DNA of 63,410 nucleotides, counting the filler, from Phoronis australis (taxonomy: Eukaryota; Animalia; Phoronida): assembly GCA_002633005.1 (NCBI GenBank). It is 8 parts of 8 records of this genome, joined end to end, with 100 filler letters (N's around TTAATTAATTAA, not from the genome) between each part and the next. Parts side by side here need not be neighbours in the genome. Positions count along the whole stretch, not along the records: positions 21,839 to 34,723 come from NMRA01001613.1; positions 34,824 to 37,919 come from NMRA01003230.1; positions 38,020 to 40,629 come from NMRA01003558.1; 5 more parts are not named here. One strand, written 5' to 3'. The notes below the pieces were generated by a model that saw only the letters and a program-made list of their open reading frames with translations, was not told where the DNA came from and made no database searches. Shown here one piece after another: positions 25,401-38,151 of this stretch; the stretch's first letter is position 1; the number at the start of each line of letters is the position of its first letter. The translations under genes and the position numbers were made by a program.

Positions 25401-28400
25401 GTTGTCACAATCTTAATATATTCGGGTTTAAAGGTAGTAACTCCTGTGCACGCATTGAAACTGCTAGTGTTGGACTTTTCAGCCATCCCGTATACGGTCA
25501 AGGTGCTGACCGGGGATGGAGAGGACAATGGAACTGACAGCAATGCCTGGATCCGGTTCCACGGAGCCAAGAAGAAGGTGTCGCGTCAGATATTCTTGGA
25601 GCTGACGCAGAAGGAACGCTTCGCTCCGGGATCCATCGAGACATTCTCTGTGGAGGCTGTGGAGCTGTCAGAAATCAAGAGAGTTGAGGTAATATATTGA
25701 GTTGAGAAACATTGAGCACTTGCTGGTGTTTGCCATATACCTCCGAACACTCAGTTAAACTAAATAATTCTGGGTTGTCTGGTACACGTTGTGCCAGACG
25801 TGCACAGATCGCTCAACTAGGCCCATTGCACTGATCACTTGGAACCTTTTTATGTTTTAGTTTCAGTAATATCTAGATAAAGGCGGGTTAATGAGCTAAT
25901 GTGACTCGAGGGTCTAGCAGTGTACCCCAGTGGCATTTGAACCCATTACAATTGCACAGACCCACGCAACATTGTATATTGGAGTGAATTGAGTGGTACT
26001 TTTGTCCATGGAAACGGGAGAATTAAGGTTAGCAGGAATTGAAATTGTTGGTTTGTCATGTTGTTTAGTGTTATTTCTTACAACTTATCACAATTGCATC
26101 CAAGATGACGCATCCATAAACTCAATATCCCTCTTCTACTTAATTGTGTCAAATAAAGCAAAAAGGCACCTTCATGCAAACACTGCCATGCGTTGTACAG
26201 TACTCGCCTAAAGTAATTGGAGAAGCACTGTTACCCCGTCATGACGAGTCATTACATGGCTTTGATGAACCTGTAGCACCTGGCCTATTAGTTTATAATC
26301 ACACAGCAGTCCTGAAATGACGATTAATCCAACTGATTGTCTGTAGATCGGCCATGACGGTGTGACTCCAGGCAGTGGCTGGTTCCTGAAGGAGGTTCAA
26401 GTTGACATGCCAACAAAAGGGAAGCACTATGCTTTTACATGTAAACAGTGGCTGGCCAAGGATAAGAGTGATGGAAAGACATCGCGCATCCTCAGTACAC
26501 AGGACGGCGAGAGTGTTATGACCTCGTACAAAGCACGTATGTATTGAGAGTACCCATTACACTTCTCAGCAAAAAGTTAAATTATTCGGGTTTTGAAATC
26601 TTAATTCTACTTTTTAATTCGTTTTATGCTATACGACTGTCATCAACAATACTTTGTTGATAAAATATGGGGCTGTAGTAGATTTAAAAATTTTTATTTT
26701 AAAAAGTTGACGACAAGAATAATTCAGTAATGTTCACTTGATTTTGAGGCTTCTTTGAGTTCATGTTGCAGAATCTAGCTGTCCTTTTCAGTGGTCCCCT
26801 ATGAAGTGACTGTCTACACTGGTGATGTGGAAAGTGCGGGATGTGATGCCCAAGTGTTCATTCAGGCATTCGGTGTAAATGGCTCCACGCAAGAGGTGAC
26901 GTTAGACAAGGCTGGAGAGAGATTTGAACGAGGACGAGCGGATCTTATCAAGGTATGTTCATTGGTCCGGATTATTTTATTGGTCTGGATTATTTTATTG
27001 GTCTGGATTATTTTATTGGTCTGGATTATTTTATTGGTCTGGATTATTTTATTGGTCTGGATTACTTTATTGGACTGGATTACTTTATTGGTCTGGATTA
27101 CTTTATTGGTCTGGATTATTTTATTGGTCTGGATTATTTTATTGGTCTGGATTATTTTATTGGTCTGGATTATTTTATTGGTCTGGATTATTTTATTGGT
27201 CTGGATTATTTTATTGGTCCGGATTACTTTATTGGACTAAGAGCTCTCTTGTTTAAGTTGTTTACTAGGTTTGTTAAAGTTGTGGTGGAGAAACTGACAG
27301 ATAGCTAAACACAAATCGTAAATTTGTGTCAATTTTAGGATAAAACTTGTCTTAAGCTGGTTCCAAGAAAGTGATCTTAGGTTTAAATTGAGTTTTGTCT
27401 TCAGTTTGACTAAGTTGCTGGATGTGGAAGTTTCAACGTTTGGAAGTTGAGACAAATCTCAGACATTTATAAGTCAAATATGAACTAAGTCAGTTTCTTG
27501 GAACGGCCCCATTGTTTTAATTTTTTTCAATTTGTAGTAGAATAGTGGAGAATAACTCTACTTAGTAGCAACGTTGTGTTGTGTTGTGTTGTGGACAGCC
27601 TCTGTCCGTCAGTGAGATGGTTGTATTCAGTAACTAAGTGTGGAACACTCAATTACACTAGTAAAGCAACTGGCAGTAGCAAGATGAGGACTGTCTTTAT
27701 TAGACAAGTGAACGGATTTATATACAAGTTACAAGTATGTGGGTTGCATGCACTAAACTTTATGATTCAATATTCTACAGGAAAATAACAGGAAGCAACT
27801 CTAAAAACTTCCACAACAATCATCTGAACTACTCTGTTGTGTTTGCCATATATGGTAATGGTCAGCTGTCTTTAGGCTATGTTTCTGTGAATGACCATTA
27901 TGCAATCTTGTTTACTACAGAGATCATAAATCGTGTGGATGCACCGGATGGGTTGGTCGCTGACTCAGCTGACAGCCAAAACAAGTTTCTATAAACACAA
28001 ACAATTGGCTAGCAAAGAAATAATATCAATAATACTATCAGACTAACATACTAAGAATTATACATGTATCATGAATATCACAGATTTCATGACACAGTTA
28101 TTAAAGACATGAAGTAGCCCCAAATCATTTTTTAGTTCAGTACTGTAGCTACCTTCAGACTATGTGTTGAGAAATTGAAGGCATTTCCTATAATGTTGGA
28201 AGTCTTTTGAAAACATCAGCAAGATTTGGGACAAAAATTATTGCCCAACTTTCCATTTTTTTAAATTTTCAATGTATTCTGTCGTTGTTGTGACAGAATA
28301 CCTGGAAAAATGGGAAGTATTCTATCATTGTTGTGAGTATCCACGATTTCTCAAAAACATCGTCTTGATGCTAGCTGTGGTATAGCGCCCAGATACAGTG

Positions 28401-28750
28401 AAACATATGATATAAATTAGACACTTATTGACCATGTTGTGTCCTAAATTAGTGACATTTTATCGTGATGACCTTTCTCCGTTTTATTCATCCGCTTGGC
28501 CCAAAACTAGACGGTGCAATCCATTTTCAGTTGGAACTAGACGATATCGCTCCTCTGAAGAAGCTGCGTATCGGACACCATGGCAAGGGAAGTCGTCCGG
28601 ACTGGTTTGTGGAAAAGGTCGAGTTGCGTAACATGGACACGGGTGACCTGACCTTGTTCAAGTGTAATAAATGGTTGAGCAAGTCAAAGGAGGACGGAAA
28701 ACTTGTACGGGACCTCCCGGCGACAGTGAAGGGCAAAGATCAGATTAAAA
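22431..28750 (+). CDS. LOXHD1: Lipoxygenase homology domain-containing protein 1-like (tandem PLAT domains), 8 internal exons, partial at both ends
   Basis: Phase-consistent exons 22431-22593, 23128-23282, 24166-24378, 24743-24899, 25483-25688, 26347-26536, 26792-26952, 28531-28750. Repeated PLAT signatures [50 protein letters not shown]...WFLNRVEV, FPCNRWLARDEEDGAIEREL; three full PLAT repeats plus the end of another. Confidence 0.88.
24983..25165. repeat. 16-bp minisatellite (CAGAACACATGGGTTG), about 11 copies
   Basis: Direct tandem repeats with period 16; explains the QPMCSATHVFCN-type ORFs. Confidence 0.92.
25346..25391. repeat. 14-bp tandem repeat (TGATTGGAGTTCAT), about 3 copies
   Basis: Seen directly. 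Confidence 0.85.
26961..27237. repeat. 18-bp minisatellite (ATTGGTCTGGATTATTTT), about 15 copies
   Basis: Near-perfect tandem array starting 8 nt after the LOXHD1 donor site at 26953. Confidence 0.97.
27354..27510. mobile_element. Decayed MITE
   Basis: GTTCCAAGAAAGTGATCTTAG / CTAAGTCAGTTTCTTGGAAC inverted repeat. Confidence 0.5.
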
Positions 28751-30316
28751 GTACGATATTGTTTCCTGTGTTTGCATATTAGTTATATCTGCTGGCGCTA
28801 GAGGGGGCTCTTACTCAAGATTACTGCTTTATTAACATTTTCCTGTAAAACAAATGTCATCTTGGATATTATTGTTCTTTTGGTCATAAGATGTGTAACT
28901 GCTGTGCCATAATGAGTTGTTTGGGTGTACACGCCACTTTCACCGTCCATATTTCTAGGGTCCTGTTTCGTGCATAGTGACTTAAGTTTTAAGTCGGATA
29001 TTCAATCATATGCTGTCAGTTCATTATTTTTGGATAAATGTTTTGTATGTTCATTATTATTATATCACAGCTTAGCAGTGATTTCTTCATATCATCTGAG
29101 TGTGTAAATACCAGTCAGACTTTATACTTTGCTGCATTTGGATAAAATAATTTTTTTGGAAATGGTAACCGTTGTTCAGAGTGCAAAAGGATGACTTCAG
29201 CGTAAAGTAAATTTTCCCGATGGAACTAGACTCCAGATCATCTGCACTTTGTGGGTGTCAGCGTTTTGCATGTCTTTGGCATCTTTATTGCTGCAAAAAT
29301 GCCAACGACAACTCGTAAGCCTAATGGTGCTCCAGGATTACATATTATCAGGAAGAGATAACCAGGAAGGGACAACTAGCTAAACCGCCGTTTTTGGCCT
29401 CCTTCCCCGGACTAATTTCAGGACTTCAACCTTCGAATTAGTGGTATTACCAGGAAGAGATAACCAGGAAGGGACAACTAGCAAAACCGCCGTTTTTGGC
29501 CTCCTTCCCCGGACTAATTTCAGGACTTAAGTTTCGTTTAAGAGGAAACAGATGATTTTATCAGAGAGATTAAAGCTTTTTCTATCGAAGGATATCAAAA
29601 AACTCACTTTGCAACCTTAAACAGTGGTGTAATTGTACTTTGAAAATATCGACTTCAGCACACGCAATCGCAATTTCCCACACGCAGTCACGGGTATTTA
29701 AGCTTTTCCATCCATGTATAGATGGCGCAGTAGTCAAGTACTCCCTCATTTGCATATCAAATTTGCATGTGGGAGTTCTAAGACTCGTCAGCTGTTGTCG
29801 AGTGCTTGAGTGGATAAAGCGGTGACCTCCCGCTGAGAGCACGCGCTGATGAAGATACAGCTAACTCTATCGCTTCGCAATCAGGAGGTGAAAACACTAT
29901 CATGACCGCAGTTCTGAATTCCAGCTAAGCCCTATTTCGAGGAGCGGAATTTGAATTGTTTTTGTCCCCTGACTGTGGATTGCAGAAAAATTAGACTGAG
30001 GTCAACATCGAACTTTCTGCGGCTCCCTATCGTGTTGACAAAAGTTTGAAGTGTCAGAACCATAGACGGAGCGCGCGGGATGTCTATGATTCCTGTTCTT
30101 CTTCAGTTGACGAAAACATTGCTATCGGCATAAAGAATGACCGTGGGAAATTAATTTTGAGGTGGACACTTGTATCCAAGAATAAATATCAATACTCTAT
30201 AACATCTCACCGTCCGCGTTTCGTTTCTTTGACGTTGTTTGAGGTTGCGGTATCGTGAAACAACGCCGTCGGGTGAGAGAAGTTCCACCGAATAACTGGA
30301 ATTGACTTCTTACCTG

Positions 30317-30727
30317 TAGAATGCCCGGACTCAACTGTGCCGTTTTCTTGGCAAGTCTCTTGCCTGCCGAAATTTTTCTGAGCATTGAAGATATCGGCCT
30401 TCTCCTGCGCCAATCAACTTCATATCTGCTACAGAAATTTTTTGCCTAATTTTCTACCCTTTTAGCACACTTTGTGGCTCTGCTACAATTAGCACTGCCA
30501 TAATCGTATTTCTTCTTANTCCTTTAGAATGCCCCCACTCAACTGTGCCGTTTTCTTGGCAAGTCTCTTGCCTGCCGAATTTTTTCTGAGCATTGAAGAC
30601 ATCGGCCTTCTCCTGCGCCAATCAACCTTATAACTGCTACAGAAATTTTATGCCTAATTTTCTACCCTTTTAGCACACTTTGTGGTTCTGCTACAATTAG
30701 CACTGCCATAATCGCATTTCTTCTTAA
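30317..30727. repeat. Tandem duplication of about 205 bp (period 208)
   Basis: TAGAATGCCC...TTCTTCTTA at 30317 and 30525, several substitutions, single N at the junction. Confidence 0.9.
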
Positions 30728-31162
30728 TTCCGCCACAGTATGCATACCTGGAAATTAGTTTTGCTAGGTGTTTTTCCAAATTAAGCTACAACAGTTGTTC
30801 ATCATTAAATGCATCAGATTTCTCGACGCCATGGACATTTCCGTCAACACAAAAAGCACCCTTGCCATTCTTAAAAAATCGTATATAATTATGTGCTATA
30901 ATTGCTTCGAAGGACCGGCAGTAACCGTGGCTGGAATGTCGGCAGCTTCGCGACTAAGTCTACACCTAACTTTTATTGAAATTCTCCATACTTCAAAATT
31001 CGTGTTTGCAGGTGCTGACAATTGCCTCCAATGGTTTTCATAATAAGAGACCGGAAATCCGAATTGTCACACACGCCCACTGGCCTGGTGCTGCCTTACA
31101 ATTTCACTGGCCACCTTGCTACAGTCGACTTGCGCAATAGCCGAACTAGTGTCCACATTTGT

Positions 31163-31353
31163 AGTCACGTGCCGGGTACAGACCCATGAGACAAGTTGCA
31201 GCAACAAATTCAGTACGAATCCATAAACCCTTTTATACGCACAATTAAATGCGCAAAAAAGTCACGTGCCGGTTACAGGCCCATGAGACAAGTTGCAGCA
31301 ACAAATTCAGTACGAATCCATAAACCCTTTTATACGCACAATAAATGTGCAAA
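31163..31353. repeat. Tandem duplication of about 97 bp
   Basis: AGTCACGTGCCGG...AAATG(C/T)GCAAAA twice. Confidence 0.9.
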
Positions 31354-33344
31354 ACTGCTTCTGTATTTCTTAAACCTTTAATTTAATGCTCAAGCTATAC
31401 AACGAGTGCGTGTTGAAACACAACAATGACCTTGGACCAAAGATGGACTCCTCAGTTGCATCAGGACCTTAGTAAACGGGGGGAGGGCGAGTGCCACCCC
31501 AAAAAATTGCATGCCTCAGGGTTAAACCATGGCAACCGACAAAGGTGTGGGGCTGGTGAAAGACAAAAAACAAAGACTTCGAATACTGATCAGAGGGAAA
31601 ACTCAAGAGAACTTTAACAACTCGGTATCAATGTATGGTTTACCATTTTGAGGGCCCTGGCCAGGACAATTGTTGTTAGGGTCTCCGTTCTTGCAGCATA
31701 GGTCGTCTAAGCGCTCTTGAAAATGTGCAATTAATCATTCATACATGTATTTCGAAAATTCGAGAAAATTTGTAAACCAAAAGTTTTTCAGTGGTACATA
31801 GGCGGTNGGTGCACTGCAGGGGGACTGAGGGGGCTTTAGCCCCCACTTTTTTCAGTGCTGCGCCCTCTATACACCTCCGACATGACCCTGCCAACTACTC
31901 ACGAGGGAAAGTTGAGATTTCAAATTCATCAAAAACACAAAACACTCGTGCACAGCACAGGAGCTGTCTTGTAAGAAATGGCGATGCGTCACTGAACTTA
32001 GTTGAAGGCTGAAGGACGGACTTGCAAAAATTCGAACCATCATCAGACCACCATATCGCAAAGAAGGACTCTAAACGATAACAGTGATATTCATGAATGT
32101 ATTGAATTTAAAAAAGAACTAGACTAAAGAAATTCAAAAATTTACAAACCGTAGATGGGATCGAAAAAGAAATTCAAGTCATTGCTCGTAAATTTGGAAA
32201 GATTGTCTTTGCATTTCCTTGATGCTTGTAGTTCCCAGTAGTATTGTGCAATGAATTTAGGTTCTTCTAAACCGAATCGTTTGCTTGACATTCCCGTGCA
32301 TACTGCAAAGGCTGGACACGTCGTGACTCAGTGACGCACCCAGGTTAAAAATAAGGTGTTGGCTGCCCGCGTAGAATGCGCGCACAGTGATTGACGGGAA
32401 AAGAACTTGGACTGCAAGAGTTGAAGTGTGTGCATTTTTGGGATACGCGTTCCATAGCATTTTCCCCAGCCCCCCGGCGGCAGAAGCTGGACCAGTGGCT
32501 GTGTTTCAACAATGAATTTTGATACAGCTCTATAGGCCAAGGATTTCGGGATCATATCTTTCAAAAAAATCTTCAGGAAGTGACCGTATTAAAATAAACT
32601 TCTCCCGAAACTGGGTCAAACAAAACGACCTTTGAGCCAGAACACGGGTATAGGGGCGAGTTAAGCCGCACGTCTCAAATGAAGCATAGCGGAGCTGACC
32701 AGCGACTAGCATTAGTTCGTCGAATAGCACATGCATGGATCGGACTTTCCGGCGACTCGGACGCCACGACACCTGAGACCCGTGGCGGGAGCAGCTAAGT
32801 TCTTGACTAACACCCGCTTCTAAAGTCCACGCTTACACATATGCAAGCGTATCCAAATACAATTAAATGTATTTTCATGTGAAACTATTCAATGTTCTTT
32901 GAACATTGACTTGTGTGAGTTCTTAATTTTCTTAGATCTGCCCAATCAGGTAGAACTGCGTTTCAAGTCATTCGCTATAGGCACTGGAGGGTTCAAATTG
33001 GAAGTTCGCGTCGTATGACATCGTATGACGTCATATGACGTAGGAGATGCGAGCCTCATTTGCATATATAAGTGTTGGTTCAAAAAAGAGGATCATGCCC
33101 GAGTACATGCCTGGGAAGAGGCATCTTTTTAAGGGCAAATTAAGTCGTGTTCAAAGCATCCTAGTGCCATTAATATGCAGTCTTTGGGGACCAAAGTGGT
33201 GTCATTTTATAGCTAAAGAGTTAAGCTTTCAAACACATTGCTTGGATTCCAGACGACCATAACATTTACTTCTGAAATCACTTTTGAATATCCGTTAAAT
33301 GCGCTAAAACAGTTGTCCCTTCCTGGTTATCTCTTCCTGGTTAC

Positions 33345-34451
33345 ATGCATTTAGTAGACAACAATCGCCTGGATGGCGCCGACAAAATGGGAAAGGTGAG
33401 ACCTCTGATGGCGGCTATCAATGAGAAATGTCTCATCTATTTCAGCCGAGAGCAAAACCTGTCAATTGACGAGTCGATGATCCCCTACTACGGGGGACGC
33501 GGGGCCAAACAGTTTATTCGTGGCAAACCCATCAGATTCGGATTCAAAATCTGGGCGTTGATAACTGCTTTAGAATACGTGGTTCAGTTTGAACCATATC
33601 AGGGAAAACGAGGTCAGCAGACGGGTGACACCGCAGGGTTTGGTATGGGGGTAGAGTCGTGCTTGATCCGTTGGCTGAGCTACCAAAGGACAGACCATAC
33701 CACCTGACCTTTGACAACTTGTTCACCTCAGTGGACATGGTTGACGAGCTCTCGAGACAAGGCATTGCCTGCACTGGCAAAATCCGTGCAAATGGTCTGG
33801 GAGACTGTCCCCTGACAGCAGTGAAAGAGTTCCAGAAGACACCTCGTGGTACATATGACTACTCATGCGATGCCGCGAACAATCTATGTGTTGTTAGGTG
33901 GAATGACAACAGCATTGTCAATATAGTGTCCAATCTTCACGGAGTTGCCCCCTTACAAAGAGCAAAGAGATGGTCTCGCGCAAAGAGCCAGCGCATACGG
34001 ATTTACCAACCCTTTGTGATAAGTCACTACAATCAAACCATGGGTGGCGTCGACAGAATGGATCAAAACATAGATAAATACAGGGTCTCGATACGATCAA
34101 AAAATGGTGGTGGCTGATTTTCGCCTATTGTATAGATCTTTGTGTACAGCAAGCATGGCACCTCTACAGAGCAACCGAAAGTGGAAAGGAGCAGCACAAA
34201 GATCTCCTGGAGGTTCGGCTAATGTATTGCTTATGAAGGGGAAACGAGTCACTCAGTATGTTCCTAAATCCGTGCCTTGCTCAAAGAAAGTACTGCCTGA
34301 TGTCAGATTTGACAGATTGGACCACTTCATAAACACAAAAGACACTCAGAGGCGATGTGCAGTTTGTAAAATGAAGACAAAGCGTTTTTGTGTGAAATGC
34401 GATGTTAGTCTTCACGACAAATGCTTTATGGCATTTCATGTGCCAAAATAA
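33345..34451 (+). pseudogene. piggyBac (PGBD2/PGBD3-like) transposase, 5'-truncated, at least 3 frameshifts
   Basis: HLVDNN...DKMGKVRPL...LSIDESMIPYYG...KQFIRGKPIRFGFKIW; TFDNLFTS; WNDNSIV; YNQTMGGVDRMDQ; KWWW; C-terminal Cys-rich RRCAVC...FCVKCDVSLHDKCFMAFH. Pieces lie in different frames (shifts near 33655, 34103 and 34218). Confidence 0.93.
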
Positions 34452-34823
34452 AGATACTTGATACAATATTCTCATCAATTTTTGTCTTTTGTTTTACTTT
34501 CTGCAATATCTAAGCATGCAAAAACAATCAATATCATACCACATATTTCATTTTTACTGGTTTTAGTAGGTATTTCTGTTGGTGGTTTATAGAACCCCAT
34601 ATGTGCCCAGCGTCCCTTTTGTGGGACGAAAATGAAAACGTCAAAAAAACGTAAAATAAACTTCTTTCCATTTTCCCTTATTCATTATGTTCATTGTATG
34701 TCTAATGGCACATACTATCTGAANNNNNNNNNNNNNNNNNNNNNNNNNNNNNNNNNNNNNNNNNNNNTTAATTAATTAANNNNNNNNNNNNNNNNNNNNN
34801 NNNNNNNNNNNNNNNNNNNNNNN

Positions 34824-37164
34824 CTGGGCCAATGTTGATGCCAGCATACTGCAATGGAGGAAGTGAATCAATTACTGGTTTTCAAGTGAGGAGAGTCACT
34901 TCCTAACAGACAGACAAATAAGTTTTGTAAGTTAATGTTCACTTTAAAGCCGAACTTCAACGGAATTGTATTATTTTAACCAGATAGTCCTAGCAAAGAC
35001 TTAGCAAAATAAGAAAACGCGAGTTTAAGCATTCAAATGTAGGCCCTTCACACAACAAGAAGTTGCCTTTTCAAGCCATATTGTGTCACCGCAAGATCCC
35101 AGCACAAACAACAAAAGGCCAAAAACAGGTTTACTGAATTCAGGTCTGAATAGAACACCACTGTGTGCGGGTGTTATTCGCAGCTGTTTGAATTAAAAGG
35201 TGATTCTCGCGATGACAGAGACAAAAGCAAGCCAATACGCCTAACAATTCATTACATTTGGCAATTTATGGCACTAGTGGGCTCAGAGAGATCCTCTTAA
35301 CAGACTGTAGGGAACCAAATTTACTGGTGTTACCGTTCAAGATAGTCTTTACCATAGTTACCAACATGAGTGAAGACAGTGTGGGTAAATTGTCACTAAC
35401 TGAGCTGAAAACTAAAAATAAAACTAAAAACAACAGAACAAACACCACACTCAGAAATTATTTCTCAAAAACACTTTGATACAATTATCTACATGATCTA
35501 TGAGCACTCTATTTTTGAATCACGGAATCACTCTGCCCTGACAACATTTGTATACACGAGTGACACAATTCTTGCGTAATTTTGTACCATAACTTTAAAA
35601 CGACTCATACCGGAATCTTTGAAGTCCTGAGGAATTCCAACAAAGCCTCTAAAGAGCCGAGTGTAGAGGCCTGCACATAGACCCCGTTGGGAGTTAACTT
35701 TATTGAGCTCAAGGCGTCCTTTAGACTCTGAGTTAACTCCTCCTGTAAACCGAAACACTTTTCATGATTAAAGTGTCGACGAATTTTGTAGGTGCTCAGT
35801 CACTTTAAGAAGGGTTCACACTCAAAAGGTAGTCAAAACCAAAAGGTAATCTTCAAAGAGCTAGTGTTGATTATATGATTATGAAAAACGGACCTATCAG
35901 ACACTGCATTCTATTGGGATGTAATTAGACATTATCTTTCATGAATGCAGCCTCAAACCAATTAAAATTCTAGAACGACCAAAACAATGGTTACCTTTCA
36001 CAATCCTGAAACAAGCGCAAAGTAATAACAGGAGTACGCTCAGTAATGGTAATAGCTCCCGAGTGAAAGTGAGCAAGACGCCTAGTTTCTTTTACAATGC
36101 ATGGCAATATGTCACAGACTTACACCGTCACGGCAAACACACGAGACACTAGTCCTACCGAATGCACCTCAGATAATTGCAAGCCTTACAGTGTTCTACT
36201 TTACCCCGTTTCGATGCCACACTTAAAAACAGGCCAGTCAAACCCTTCCAAAACAATACATACAGAGAAGTGTAATGCCAAGCATATAGTACTCAACCTC
36301 ACTCTGGCTGGATGTCCCATACAAGGGCAGGCCAGTCAGACCTTCGCATGTAGTACATACAGAGAAGAGTACAGGTAATGCCTACCTTGTAGTACTCAAC
36401 CTCGTCCTGATTGGCCGCAACATACATAGGTAAGCCCGCTAGAGCCTTCTCCAAGTCTTTGGCTATCAGCTTCACCCCCTGGGCTGCTCGTACCTCTTTA
36501 TGCTTCTCGTACGCATTCTGTAAGACGCAGCAAGCAGTGTCCTCATCTTGGTTATTGACAACTAGCTGACAACATTATATAGCACAGAACAATGAATTTT
36601 GCAGATGTCAGCAATGGACAGTCACTTTTCAGGACCATCTCAGTGTGTCCGCATTTGGGAATACAGGACCACCTCTGTGTGTTCCCATTGGGAGTGTCCT
36701 ACCCTTCAAGTGATGCATTGTGCTTCAAAAACACCACTTCTCATCCTATTTATTGAGTAAGAACCACTACAACTGTTGAAACATTGACTCAATTGATGAC
36801 TTGAAGTACCAACTGGCTGCATTCAGACCTCAACCATGCCTCAGGTCCAAGTGTTCCCATCCACAATTCAGCTACTTTTGTCTTACAGCAGTGTAGGTAT
36901 TTAAAATGCCCCCTGTGTCTGCTTAGTGCCAGACATGTCTCATGATCCCAGATCCGTGCTGGCTTAACATGAAAGTTAGTGGCAGTTCAATTAACACATT
37001 ACCTTCACTCTAAGCTCTTTCATGGGCTGGGGCATCAACAGACCCCTGACCTGGGTGACAATAGGCCCCTCCGTACCCGGCACCACAATGAGGTCACTTT
37101 CACGCAGAGCACCATTAACCAGAATCACGTCTACTGTGGTACCGAGGCCATGCAAAGCTTTCAC
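34824..37164 (-). CDS. EIF5B: Eukaryotic translation initiation factor 5B, 4 internal exons, partial
   Basis: Exons 37164-37003 VKALHGLGTTVDVILVNGALRESDLIVVPGTEGPIVTQVRGLLMPQPMKELRVK; 36517-36386 NAYEKHKEVRAAQGVKLIAKDLEKALAGLPMYVAANQDEVEYYK; 35742-35611 EELTQSLKDALSSIKLTPNGVYVQASTLGSLEALLEFLRTSKIP; 34848-34824 YAGINIGP (cut by contig end). All phase 0, GT-AG. None is shown in the ORF track. Confidence 0.95.
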
Positions 37165-37239
37165 CTGAAACAGACAATGGTACTGGATTGGACTGTTTTA
37201 CTAAAGGTTTTATGATATCTTCTACGATGTATAAAAACA

Positions 37240-37391
37240 GGTGTGCGTTCAGTAATGCAAGGACCTACGCTTGGACCTAGCGAAAATCTAGCCAAAGTCA
37301 CGTGTTTGGATTTAAAGTATACGGCAATATCTCACGTAATCTCGCGAAGTGTTGGTTTTTAGCGAGGTCCTAGCATTGTTGAATAGGAGGC
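37240..37391. mobile_element. MITE family A solo copy
   Basis: Collinear with the 4093-4251 arm (CGGCAATATCTCACGTAATCTCGCGAAGT core). Confidence 0.85.
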
Positions 37392-38151
37392 AGCTCTTGA
37401 TAATACCCAGCTCAATATACTTGTGTTCTGTTTATAACATCACACTAACAAGTGGTTTAGCCAACTAGAGTTCTACAGTTACTAATCAAATGTATCAACT
37501 TTAAACTTTCACTGGAGGGTCTTTAAAAATTTTAGACCATTGATAGATAGGATTTTTTAAAACTAGATTGTGTTTACGACTAACTTGTACACGCTTTCTG
37601 AAGCCCACATCTGAAATACCGAAAACACAAAAACATCACTTATGAGTTCTATCCCACACACATAATACAAGTGTGCAAAAGTAGAGAAGTGAACACTCCT
37701 TATTTCCCAGCCAAAATTATTTCTTCTGACAAATACCAAATCTAAAACCAAACTCTCTATGATTGTCACACTAGTTAGAGGCTGGGATTTGCACACGCAA
37801 TTTCGCTTTGAAATCTCGATGTAGAGATTGTGTAGGTACAACTTAAATAGGAAATTGCATGCTTATATGTCGATTACTTGTATCCATGATTATTTGGCCA
37901 AATCAGTTAAAAAACAATGNNNNNNNNNNNNNNNNNNNNNNNNNNNNNNNNNNNNNNNNNNNNTTAATTAATTAANNNNNNNNNNNNNNNNNNNNNNNNN
38001 NNNNNNNNNNNNNNNNNNNACCATTTTTGTGTCACAAACTCTTTCGATTGGTGTCAAAAGCTTTATGTGAGCATGGCGTTAACAGGCATTACTCTTTTAC
38101 CTTTCTGAGAAAAAGATATTGTTAAATAAATGAATTGTTATCTTATTTTAG

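Larger units (their letters stand above)
29348..33340. mobile_element. Unclassified ~4-kb TIR element, apparently non-autonomous, with duplicated left end
   Basis: 30-bp TIR CCAGGAAGAGATAACCAGGAAGGGACAACT at 29450 (near-identical copy at 29348) and exact reverse complement at 33311-33340; TTA on the outer side of all three ends; no transposase ORF recognised inside. Confidence 0.75.

Noticed and set aside
26924-27308. ORFs with WSGLFY / IGLDYF / LVWIIL repeats
   Set aside because: Translations of an 18-bp minisatellite in an intron, not independent genes.
32500-32620. Minus-strand PEDFFERYDPEILGL resembling a piggyBac N-terminus (inverted missing half)
   Set aside because: The downstream motifs expected in piggyBac do not follow; similarity too short.
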